In this document: positions 52,201 through 60,469 of the stretch, in pieces | How the letters are laid out: each line of letters starts with the position of its first letter | How positions within the stretch are numbered: the stretch's first letter is position 1 | Source: Carcharhinus longimanus | Lineage: Eukaryota | Reading direction: 5' to 3' | NCBI GenBank assembly: GCA_030264375.1 | Contig: JASCQW010000162.1 | Location: forward strand, 25,779,505-25,843,504 | Length of the DNA: 64,000 bases | Translations under genes and position numbers: made by a program | Notes under the pieces: generated by a model | Seen by the model: the letters and a program-made list of their open reading frames with translations, nothing else | Database searches by the model: none | Told to the model about the DNA's origin: nothing

Positions 52201-55200
52201 CCAAGGAATGTGCAGATCTGTGGCCCAGGATTGCTTCCAATGCTGGGAGCATTGCATAACGATTGTAAAAGCTTCCTGCAAAGATATCTGTGCAATTAAA
52301 TAAATATTTTTACTCTTTAAAAAAAAATGCAGCTGACCACCACTAACTTGAGGGCAAATAGGAATGAGCGGTAAATGCTAGCGCAGACAGCTGACACCTG
52401 AACCTCCTGCATTTTTTTTAATGCATGAGCTGCAGATTTAAGAGAATAGCTTCCTTGTTGAGCAGTGAGGCACGAATTTCAATTGCCGCTGCCCAATTTT
52501 AACTTGAGAAATTGATGGCTAGCATTTAAAACATCAATGACCCACTTATGCTTAAGGCCTGCTTGATGCAATCGTTTGAATTGGGCATTTAGCAGAATTC
52601 TTGGTAAAGGGACTACAAGAGGCTGTGCAGAAAACTGTCTAGGAAATTTGTCTTGGGACTCAAACCCAGGCCTGTGCCACTGCCACCTTAGGCCCACCCT
52701 GTTTTGGCACTACTTGAAAAATATCCTCATGGTTATCTAAGTAAGAAGCATTGAATGATTGCTTTGCTTATTTATGGGCTTTGTTAACCCAGCTGATGTT
52801 AAATGCTAAGGTATTCCAAGCCTGGGAAGGGAAACTTGGAAGCTTGTTCCTAATGTATTTTTTTTGCAATTTGGTGCAACATGAGGAAAGATGTGAAGAC
52901 TAGTCGACGATGTTACAGTCTTGTAATCATTAAGCAAAATAAGTATTTATTAAACAGTAAAACAGACAGCAAGAAAGACAACTAATAAACACTTTGCTAC
53001 AGTTAAATTGATCAAGTTCTAAACTGTTCTATTTTCCTAACCTCGAAGCTAAACTTCCCAAACACTATCCCATAGGAATTAACACTATATAAGTAATATC
53101 CAGCAATAGTTACCACACTCTGCACCTAAATCTCTTTTGGGAATTGCTTCTGCTTTCAGATATTAACAACTGGCAGTTCAAACGCCATTCCACAAGCAGT
53201 AGCTTGTTTGGAGTGAACACACTTCCTGTTTGCTGCTGTGATTGGCTACGATCTTGGATCATCTCTATTCACCTTACCTCAGCTTTATAGAATGATCCGT
53301 TCTGCTGATAACTGCATTTTCTTTTGATCTGTTCTTATCTAATCTTATAGAGATTTCTCTTAATGACCTTTCTTACATGGGGTCACACTTTTAGGACGCA
53401 AGTGTGAAATTTAACCTCATTTTCTCTTTTTGAACTTTTACTGTCTGCTTTAATTCCTGAAATTCTGTACCCTGTTGTAATCCACTTGCTTAGGTAAATA
53501 TTTCGTTTATAATGTTGCTAGGCTAATTGCATATCAAGGACCTCAATCAGTCCATCTGCTAAACAATTTCCCACTTATTAGGTACCTTAATTTCCATTTT
53601 ATCACAACTTCTTGACAGCTCTGTTCCAGTAGCCCATTTTATTTCAGTATGTGCAGGTAATAATACCACTTTAAGACTTCAGTAAATAATCTAGGCAGAC
53701 ACTTCATTGCAAGATTGAGAAAGCATCATCAGGTCTGAAGGTGCCAAATTTTGGTTGAGATGTAAACTGAGCCCCATATGCTTTTCTTGTGACTGTGAAA
53801 TATCCGATGACATTCGCAGAAGCGCAGGGGATTTCATGCCCAGTCATCATTTATCCTTCAACTGTAAGCACCAGAACAGATTAGCTGATCATTTATTTGA
53901 TTGCTGTTTGTGAGAGCCTACTGTGTGCAATGTGCCTCCTGAATTAACCTATGCACTGTGATCGCTTGAATATAATTAATTATTTGTAGCATGCTTTAGG
54001 CTGTTTTGAAGATGAGTGCTATTTAAATGCAAGTTTTATTTGGTGGTCATGAGTATATGTTACTTTAATTTCAAATTAATATCAGAATTAACATTTTAAA
54101 CACATCTTGTGATTTGAATGACGTTTACCTTGAAGGAATTACTACTTTGTGTAACAACAGTAGAAATGGCTGAACCCAAAAAGGTGGCTGAAAGGTGCGT
54201 TTTAAGCAAGGCTATAAAATGAGGTAGGTGTAAAGTTTGAGAGTTTTCAGATGGGATTTTGAAAGATTTTGGTTTCAAATGCTGAAGACGTGCCCTCCAG
54301 TTGTGTGGTTGCATAAGTTGTGAGAATGCAAAGCTTTCGGAGGATTGTAGGAGGTTGCAGAGATGGGGAGGTGCAAGACCATCAAGAGAATCGTAAACTC
54401 CAGGGTGATACTTATAAATTTGAGTTGTAGAACCAGGTTCAGTGGACACATGCCATTGTCTGCAGACACGAGGATGATGGATAAGTGGAGCTTACCCTGC
54501 AGAGAAGTTTTGGGTATGCTGATTTATAAAGGATGAAGGAAAATATATCTGTTAGATAAGTATTGGAAGCAAGGAGGATTTCAGAAGTTGACGTTTGGAG
54601 TAGAAGTGGAAGTAAATATGTTCAAGTAGGACAACAAGGCTGTAAACAGTCTTGTTCGGTTTTGAGAACTGGGGAAGGGATGGAATAGATAGTGAGGTTA
54701 GAGATTTTGGCACGTGCTACATGTAGGACTGAATATTGGATAAGCAGTGTAACAACAAACAGCAGTGGAAGGGTCGAGAGCTGGTGGAGAGGATGAACTC
54801 GTGGGGTAGCTGACCTTATGTCACCAAGATGCAGGATATAGATGAGGAAGAGTCAGCTGGCAATGTTCTGGCTACAATTTGATAGGTAAGACTGGAACCA
54901 ATTGCCTGGAGTTCAGCTGAATTTGACAGTGCAGAAGAGACATGGAGGAGGGTCGGTGTGGTTGACCATCTCAAGGACTGCAGGATTTGAGGTGGCATGC
55001 TGGCATAATGCAGCACCAGTCATTGAGTCTACCATTTTTCGACAGCTCAAGCATTGTATTGGACAGAAACCTGAACAGAAAGATTCAGACATAGAGTTAT
55101 GGAAAAAAATGAAATGGATTTGTGAGGTGACAACATATTCGAGGACCTTGAACAGCAAATGGAACAATTGTTTCAAGCATAGCGGAGTCTTGATTTTCCT

Positions 55201-58200
55201 TTCAGAAGGGTGATGATTTAGTGACTTTTGAAAGGGAGGCCTGTAGTACATGAGAAGAGGAAATCATTTACAATATCAGCTCGTGAGGCCAGGAAGAGAA
55301 ATTGGATAGCCAGTTCAAAGGGTATGGGTTCAAGGGAGCATGAGATGGATCTCACGGGCAAGGTGAGGGGCACAAAAAACCCTTTCTTAATCCAATGGGT
55401 AAATTTTATTTTAAATGTAAGTATACTTATTTAGGTGTAAAACATTGGTTTAATTTTTGTTTGAAAGCTTTAAATAACAATTTTAATATTTATTTTCTAA
55501 ACATTTCCATAGGGAATGGTCCCTTTCACCTTTGTTGGAACAAAGGAAAGCATTGGAAATGTGCAGGTCCTTTTGGAGTACCATATTTCCTATTTGAAGG
55601 TAGGTTTGCTTATCTTCCCTGTAATAATAGCTGTAGCGGAGGGTGGTATGAAACACCTGCACAATGCAAATACAAATAAGCAGATATGAGATTAGTAACT
55701 GAAATAAACACCTTTTTGAATGGTGTTCCACTTGAATTGATGAAAACTGAAGATATTACTAAGTTGTGCTCTCAACAAGTTATGTCGGCTGCAGAGAACA
55801 CCATTACTTCACTGTTGGAGTTTCTGCAGTCCTGTTGGCTTAACTACAACAGCACAAGGAAAGTAATGGCATCTTTTCACAAAGGAAGTACTGCTTCTAT
55901 GCAGCCTGTTGCACTTTCCTAATATGCTTTTGAGGATTTTCTTAAAATGGTAAAGCTAAAAATTCTATGTCATGGAGTTTGATACAGGTGTGCTGTAGTA
56001 TCTGACAAGCAGCTCTTGATAACGTTGGTTGATTGGATTAAGTATAAAACATCAGGTTTGGAGCCAAATAGGAACAATTTGTTCAAGTAGACTTAATTCA
56101 GAAGCCCAAGGTAGGTGGGTTGTATGTTTTCACTATTGTTGGAAGTGCTTGTGATTTAAAAAAAAAATTTCCCCTTACTGATCTTAAGTCAGAAATTGAA
56201 AATGCACAGTTTTACAAAGTTGTGAAATGGCTCTCTGAAGCAGCATCAAATGTATCATGCCTGCTCTGACACAGTCTTACTACCAAACTTCAATCAAAGG
56301 AGACAAATCCAGCAAGCGAGCACTGGAGACAGTGTTGGCATGGTAATTTACTTGGGGGCAAAACTGAAACCAATTAAATGCAAGAAAACAGCTATAATAA
56401 AAGGATCAGTTCAACCAGTATTTGTTGATTTGGATCTGAGAGAGAGAGAGAGATATAGACCTGATGATTCTTGTCCTTTTGATGGACACTCCTGTGGCCA
56501 GGAGTATCTGATTACAAGCTTATAAGAATATACTTGAGTTTTAATTTGAGTCAGTTTGCAGTTGTGGGGTGGGGGTCGGGTGATGGGGGGGTGCTCTGAG
56601 TTATATCAGTGGCTCCATCGTAGCATTTGGGAATTTAAGAAGGGAATGAACATCTTTCAGNNNNNNNNNNNNNNNNNNNNNNNNNNNNNNNNNNNNNNNN
56701 NNNNNNNNNNNNNNNNNNNNNNNNNNNNNNNNNNNNNNNNNNNNNNNNNNNNNNNNNNNNGTAATCTATTACAGTTGGGGGGTGGGGGGCGGGTGATGGG
56801 GGGGTGCTCTGAGTTAGATCAGTGGCTCCATCGTAGCATTTGGTAATTTAAGAAGGGAATGAACATCTTTCAGGGATCAGCTTTACATTGAGAAATAGTG
56901 TAGAAATGTCTTTATTTCATGACATTTCGAGGAGAATAGTACATGTTTTATACAAATTGTTTATAATCTACCATTTCATTTATCAGTTTAATGTAAAAAT
57001 AAATTTGTCATTTTATAGCCCCTTATGTATTTCTAACCTGTGCACCAAAAACGATGGTCATGCGGCAGATCTGATATATTTTATCAAGCTGGAAAACAAC
57101 GGCAAGGGTTTTGTTTCATTCCTAAGCCTCATTAAAACACCTCTGTTTATAGGGGACTCGAGTCTGCTTATGAAAGAGGCAACGATGCTGAATCTTAGTT
57201 CTTGGGACTTTTATACCAGATATAATACCGCAAGGATGCTCTGCCCTCTCACTGTCTTTCGCCCCTTTCCCCTTGTTTGCAGATTCCTAGTCATCATGAA
57301 AGTAAATGTCAATAAAACAAAGATGTGATCAACATAGGGGCAAAGTAAACATGGTTGTGCACCTTATGCTTCAGATGTTTCTTTTAATGATTGCATCTCC
57401 TGCAGACCCTGCTGCAGATAAATTTTAGATTTTGGTGTTTGGATTACCTTGCCTATTTTTATTATTTGCAATTAAGGTCATAATTTTGACTGAACCTTAA
57501 AAAATTCTTCTGTGTGGCTTATAATTCTGCAGCAGAGTCTTGTACTTCTTAATTTTGGCTTTTAATTCTTGTCTTTGGAAGGTGGTTGCTGTTCCCCATT
57601 TTGCATTTGGTGCACAATGTCTTTGAGACTGCTCGGATCATTGAAATTGTGACTGCTGTAATGCGTGGAGACATGTCAACTACTGTTTAAACACAATCAA
57701 TCTATATCAGCAAAAGGGCCATCAATCTAGGATGAAGCTCAAACCTATTACATTAACAATAGGATTTTAAGTGCAACCTCCATATACCGTTTGTTGTGCT
57801 TGCTTCATAAACAAATATGACTGTTCCCCTAATCATCTGTGTAATCAGGTTTTATATTCTGCAAAATGACAATCCCGTCCTCCCCAAGCAACGTATTCTA
57901 ATGAACAACATGCATTTTGGGGATTGCTGTTCATGTTTTCTGCAGTGGATTTGCGGACTGTGGATTATATCGATTCCCTGAACCTCGTGCAGTTATTCAT
58001 GTATTCTAAAAGTGAATTGAAATTCTAATTTATTAAAATCTTTTAAGTATTCACTAGGTTAAATGCTTTATTCTGGTTCAAATAAATTAGTTGACCAGAG
58101 GATCGCTGTGGTATTACTCATGATGCAGGAACAAACATTGTTTTCTCATGGAGTCTAATGCAAAAAATGAAAATTCTTCCATCTCTGAATGAGAAATTAC

Positions 58201-58589
58201 ACCCTTCTTATTCGCCACTTTTTGATCTCCTCCCATCATCCTTTTCTTTCCTTTTTTGTTGTATAACAAAATTAAACCTCCAGAATTTATTTTCTCTCAT
58301 TAGTACCAATGAAATATGGTATGCTGAATTTCTCAATTAGTTGTAGGAATCATGATCTTTCTAATTTGCCTTGCATTTTACCCATTTTAGGAAGTAGAGC
58401 AGCTGAGAATGGACCGATTGCAAATTGATGAGCAGCTTCGGCAGATTGGCATGGGGTATAGGCCAGTGACAAGTCGGCCAGAGAAGGACAAGGGTTATAT
58501 TACTGATGAGAGTACTGCTTCCTCACTTCATGGTAGCAGATCCTATCGTGGACGTGGTCGCCGAGGTCCAAATTATACCTCTGGTTACG
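12874..58589 (+). CDS. FXR1: FXR1 RNA-binding protein (fragile X-related 1), coding exons 1-12, 3'-partial
   Basis: Twelve GT-AG-bounded exons (51, 53, 94, 72, 149, 94, 117, 171, 79, 110, 87, 199 nt; 1276 nt) join in one open frame from [17 protein letters not shown] to [14 protein letters not shown]. Residues typical of FXR1 rather than FMR1 include [14 protein letters not shown] and [10 protein letters not shown] GxxG loops GTHG and GKNG are intact. Confidence 0.97.
14330..14660 (-). mobile_element. L2 LINE 3' fragment
   Basis: aaaacttggtcagaagtaggttttaagg...gggagggaattccagagc; same family at 16140, 20465, 26545 and 54165. Confidence 0.75.
14700..14975 (-). mobile_element. Deu-domain SINE (SacSINE1/AmnSINE1-like)
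   Basis: Reverse complement of the Deu core (gacctcggcttaatgac...gatggtatctcc; cacaagcagtaatgtgata.atgaccag). Confidence 0.6.
15225..15345 (+). mobile_element. Deu-domain SINE core fragment
   Basis: aagagcaggggagttcctgctgtcctggcccatatttatccc. Confidence 0.6.
16140..17460 (-). mobile_element. Decayed L2 LINE
   Basis: L2 3' motif aaaagtttggtcaaagaggttgg followed by long purine-rich ORF2 antisense sequence. Confidence 0.65.
17625..17860 (-). mobile_element. SINE of the 37905 family, antisense
   Basis: gagggcagttaagtgtcaaccacattgttgtgggtctggagtcacat matches the reverse complement of 38148-38195. Confidence 0.7.
20015..20342 (-). mobile_element. HE1-type V-SINE
   Basis: catagaatccctacagtgcagaagg...ctaaccactgtgccacc. 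Confidence 0.9.
20465..20820 (-). mobile_element. L2 LINE 3' end
   Basis: Minus ORF contains [17 protein letters not shown]; gaggtaggttttaa motif. Confidence 0.7.
21243..21295 (+). CDS. FXR1: FXR1 exon 2
   Basis: tttttttgtag|GCA; [17 protein letters not shown]; donor AA|gtaagt. Confidence 0.96.
21776..21869 (+). CDS. FXR1: FXR1 exon 3
   Basis: ttttcaatag|T; [31 protein letters not shown]; donor GAG|gtgagt. Confidence 0.96.
23140..24000. mobile_element. Old + strand CR1 3' end with a nested younger - strand CR1 (about 23275-23580)
   Basis: Minus [22 protein letters not shown] and (aagaacat)2 tail; plus-strand ...gtgatctcattaaatggtaga tail. Confidence 0.8.
26912..29005. repeat. Direct duplication of about 600 bp (26912-27511 and about 28406-29005)
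   Basis: Colinear and roughly 90% identical by eye; paired ORFs share [24 protein letters not shown]. Confidence 0.92.
27715..28400 (-). mobile_element. LTR-like spacer between the duplicates
   Basis: tacaagactcaacaaagcaaacact..atacta resembles 62414-62450 tacaagagtcatacaaagcaaacactgtatacta. Confidence 0.4.
30010..30265. mobile_element. Degenerate palindromic MITE-like element
   Basis: agcaaatcagcagccagttct (about 30045) against agaacaggctgccgatttgct (about 30212), with patchy pairing further along both arms. Confidence 0.45.
30790..34350. mobile_element. Nested CR1 cluster: + strand host with - strand CR1 insertions at about 31633-32035 and 32669-34075
   Basis: Host RT motifs ([20 protein letters not shown]); minus ORFs [15 protein letters not shown] and [22 protein letters not shown]. 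Confidence 0.85.
34538..34795 (+). mobile_element. pogo/Tigger-like DNA transposon end remnants
   Basis: Two ends, cgggttgagtatcc (34538) and ta|catgttgagtatcc (34727), resembling CAGGTTGAGTATCC-type terminal inverted repeats. Confidence 0.4.
36538..36687 (+). mobile_element. Penelope-derived mini-element with perfect 41-bp hairpin and 12-bp TSD
   Basis: Arms 36538-36578 and 36605-36645 are exact reverse complements; TSD ctacttcactat at 36527 and 36688. Confidence 0.9.
36803..36874 (+). CDS. FXR1: FXR1 exon 4 (72 nt, phase 0-0)
   Basis: ctctctcccag|GTT; [24 protein letters not shown]; donor GAT|gtaagt. Confidence 0.97.
37088..37245 (+). mobile_element. Penelope-derived mini-element with inverted 5' arm and mutated hammerhead
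   Basis: agtaagaagtcccacaagaccaggctaaagtc ... gattttagcctggtgttgtgagactacttact; core reads ccgatga aggagc agc gctct gaaa. Confidence 0.85.
37248..37456 (+). mobile_element. 5'-truncated HE1-type SINE
   Basis: V domain and gggattctgtgattc tail. Confidence 0.85.
37905..38268 (+). mobile_element. tRNA-derived SINE with LINE-type tail
   Basis: B box gggttcaaatccc; tail ggcaataaatgctggcc...gaatgaattaaaaaa. Confidence 0.8.
38398..38546 (+). CDS. FXR1: FXR1 exon 5
   Basis: tgtgcag|TTT; [24 protein letters not shown]...DVPDDLKEA; donor GC|gtaagt. Confidence 0.97.
38810..39620 (+). mobile_element. Decayed CR1 LINE
   Basis: [20 protein letters not shown]; ends ttcattctatgat. Confidence 0.7.
39795..39888 (+). 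CDS. FXR1: FXR1 exon 6
   Basis: ttatccag|C; [31 protein letters not shown]; donor TTG|gtaaga. Confidence 0.95.
40690..40806 (+). CDS. FXR1: FXR1 exon 7
   Basis: aaacctag|TCT; [39 protein letters not shown]; donor GAG|gtaagc. Confidence 0.96.
42330..44225 (+). mobile_element. Two decayed CR1 3' ends (about 42330-43030 and 43920-44225)
   Basis: [18 protein letters not shown], a CR1 C-terminal motif. Confidence 0.75.
44273..44443 (+). CDS. FXR1: FXR1 exon 8 (KH1)
   Basis: taccag|AGT; [36 protein letters not shown]...FRIYGE; donor GAG|gtaagg. Confidence 0.97.
44830..46120 (-). mobile_element. Decayed and nested CR1 fragments
   Basis: gaccagaactg, cctgccaccttcaaaga and attaaatgccatct antisense CR1 motifs. 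Confidence 0.65.
46322..46483. mobile_element. Penelope end fragment (+) fused to an HE1 head (-)
   Basis: ctggtgttgtgagacttctt...ccggcatctccacatca, then aaactccacacagac...actgtgccacc. Confidence 0.75.
47084..47162 (+). CDS. FXR1: FXR1 exon 9
   Basis: tttacag|ACT; [26 protein letters not shown]; donor G|gtaagt. Confidence 0.96.
48729..48838 (+). CDS. FXR1: FXR1 exon 10 (KH2)
   Basis: gattgcag|GA; [37 protein letters not shown]; donor GAG|gtaatc. Confidence 0.97.
49290..52420 (+). mobile_element. Long decayed CR1/L2-group LINE (host of the RPL23 retrocopy)
   Basis: [55 protein letters not shown]; tail resumes after 52329. Confidence 0.85.
51885..52327 (+). pseudogene. RPL23: RPL23 (uL14) processed pseudogene in FXR1 intron 10
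   Basis: Intronless. Start codon decayed (GTG TTT AAG ACA GGA CGT GGT GGT TCA = xxKxGRGGS). [13 protein letters not shown] and [51 protein letters not shown] are present, with deletions and frameshifts. AATAAA at 52299, A-tract at 52319-52327, flanking direct repeat gcagctga(a)ccac. Confidence 0.96.
53737..54041 (+). mobile_element. Deu-domain SINE (SacSINE1/AmnSINE1-like)
   Basis: gaaggtgcc...tgagatgtaaactgagcccc...atttatccttcaac...ttgctgtttgtgagagc...gctatttaaatgcaagt. Confidence 0.7.
54165..55370 (-). mobile_element. Decayed L2 LINE
   Basis: Minus [18 protein letters not shown], an L2 C-terminal motif. Confidence 0.75.
55513..55599 (+). CDS. FXR1: FXR1 exon 11
   Basis: ttccatag|GGA; [29 protein letters not shown]; donor AAG|gtaggt. 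Confidence 0.97.
58391..58589 (+). CDS. FXR1: FXR1 exon 12 (NES and linker; spans what are two exons plus an optional insert in mammals)
   Basis: cattttag|GAA; [25 protein letters not shown]...[19 protein letters not shown]; donor G|gtaact. Confidence 0.93.
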
Positions 58590-58664
58590 GTAACTAAAAT
58601 TTTAATTTCATGTTGATTTTGGTTAAGGTACTTCAGCTGACAAATATATATTCATTGCAGCATC

Positions 58665-58762
58665 AACTCTGAAGAAGTCATACAGACTTGAAATGTTAAC
58701 TTCTCTCCACAGATGCTGCCAAATCTGCTGAATTTTTCCAGCATTTTCGGTTTTTATTTCAG
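58665..58762 (+). mobile_element. Second Penelope-type end fragment (also about 22445-22565 and 6620-6740)
   Basis: ctgaagaagtc..gacttgaaatgttaac..tctccacagatgctgcc..ctgctga..ttccagcatttt. Confidence 0.65.
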
Positions 58763-58992
58763 TACAGCAATGTAGTGGAAATTGGGCAAATGGTTGCTTT
58801 ATGTATAATGTGAAATTAATTTATATCTGGAAGAAATCTAGGAGCGAAGTAAGGTAGCTTCATATCATTGTCCAAAATTCTATGGAAAAGAAAATAGTCT
58901 AGAAACTGAAGAGTAGCAAATGTGACATTCCTCTCAAAACGAAGGAAGGAATAAGTGAGGATATTACAGACCAGTTGGACTCATTCTTTTAT

Positions 58993-59255
58993 CATGGAAT
59001 CCTATGGTGCAGAAAGAGGCCATTCAGCCCATTAGTCTGCACCAATCACAATCTCACAATTGTGGGCATATTCCCACACCCCCATCCATTTACCTTAACT
59101 AGTCCCCCTTGACACTAAGGGGCAATTTAGCATGCTAATCCACCTAACCTGCACATGGATAGACTGTGGGAGGAAACAGGAGCACCCAGAGGAAACCCAC
59201 CTGCAGACATGGGGAGAATGTGCAAACTCCACACAGACAGTGATCCAAGCCAGGA
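58993..59255 (-). mobile_element. HE1-type V-SINE
   Basis: Reverse-complement V domain and tail. Confidence 0.85.
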
Positions 59256-60469
59256 ATCTTTTATTGCAGAAGTTGAATTAGAAAACATTGAGTCAGAGGG
59301 ATGAAGAATGCAGAAGGGAATGTTAGGTTGAAGGATGTTAGAGGTATTGTGAAGCAAGATCATGGAGGGATTTGACTATGGGAATGTGGATTTAAAATTC
59401 AGTGGTTTGGGAGGAGGAACCTTTTAGAGGCCAGTGAGGAAGGAGCCGAGGACAATAATGTCAAATAATGATCTGAGCAACTGCACTTTGAAGTGGGGTG
59501 TGTGGGTATTTAACTCAGTTGGCCAGATAGCTAGTGTATGGATCAGACTAATGCCAAAAACACTGATTCAATTCTCATTCTGGTTGACATAGATTTGGAG
59601 CTCACCTCCTCTGTGTCCTTAGTAAAACCAATGACTTTGCCATGGTTAGGCACATAAACCTGTCTTCAGGTAGAGAACTCAAGAAAAATATGGAAGCTGG
59701 AAGGGTGACACTGGAGAACCTGAGGCTAGACATATGAAAGTGAGTAGTGTTTTATCAATAATAGATACGTGAAAATCATTTTGCAGAAAGATATGCAAGT
59801 AGATGCAAGCAGTTAGAGATAAAATGTAAATAAACTGAGCTACTGGTCAAACACTAAGATTTTTTATGCCGTTATTCAGCCTGATTTAGGAGGTGGATGG
59901 AGTTGATGGAATGAGGAGGGGGCTGCAACCAAAGCTTTGGTCCTTTATTAAAGTTAGGAAAGTTTGACNNNNNNNNNNNNNNNNNNNNNNNNNNNNNNNN
60001 NNNNNNNNNNNNNNNNNNNNNNNNNNNNNNNNNNNNNNNNNNNNNNNNNNNNNNNNNNNNNNNNNNNNTTGACATAACAGGAAAATGCAGGACAGAATAA
60101 GGCTGTGCAGAGCACATAACAGGTTTTAAAAACTAATAACTCTCTTTTTAAGGTCTGTGAGTCTAAGATTATCTAAAACAATCATTTGGTAGTACAGAAC
60201 GTGAGTATTTCTTGAAAAAAAGAAACTTGTATCAAACTTTTCATTTTGCGCTCATCAGGACAACTGCACATGATAGACTAATAGTAAAAGGAACAACACT
60301 TCAACACCTGAGAAGAGTATGCTGACTGGTTGACAAGTGGAATCTGATTGGTGGACTTATTGCCATAGGGAATGCAGCAGAGAATGTTAATGGCTAACTG
60401 CTACATTTTTGTTTCATATTCAAACCAGGCAGGTCAGTTCTGATCAAGGCACTGTCAAGGAGAATGATG

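Noticed and set aside
56548-56873. Near-identical 110-bp direct repeat on both sides of an N-gap
   Set aside because: The first copy ends exactly at the 100-N gap and the second starts right after it, as expected for unmerged overlapping contig ends or haplotypes; most likely an assembly artefact.
56888-57328. 146-aa ORF in intron 11
   Set aside because: Non-ATG start, composition typical of AT-rich non-coding DNA, and not in frame with FXR1 at the 57283 acceptor.
58669-58700. Hammerhead-like CTGAAGA...GAAA 80 nt after exon 12
   Set aside because: Stem I complementarity is lost (caact and taact do not pair) and the stem II/III junction is altered; probably inactive.
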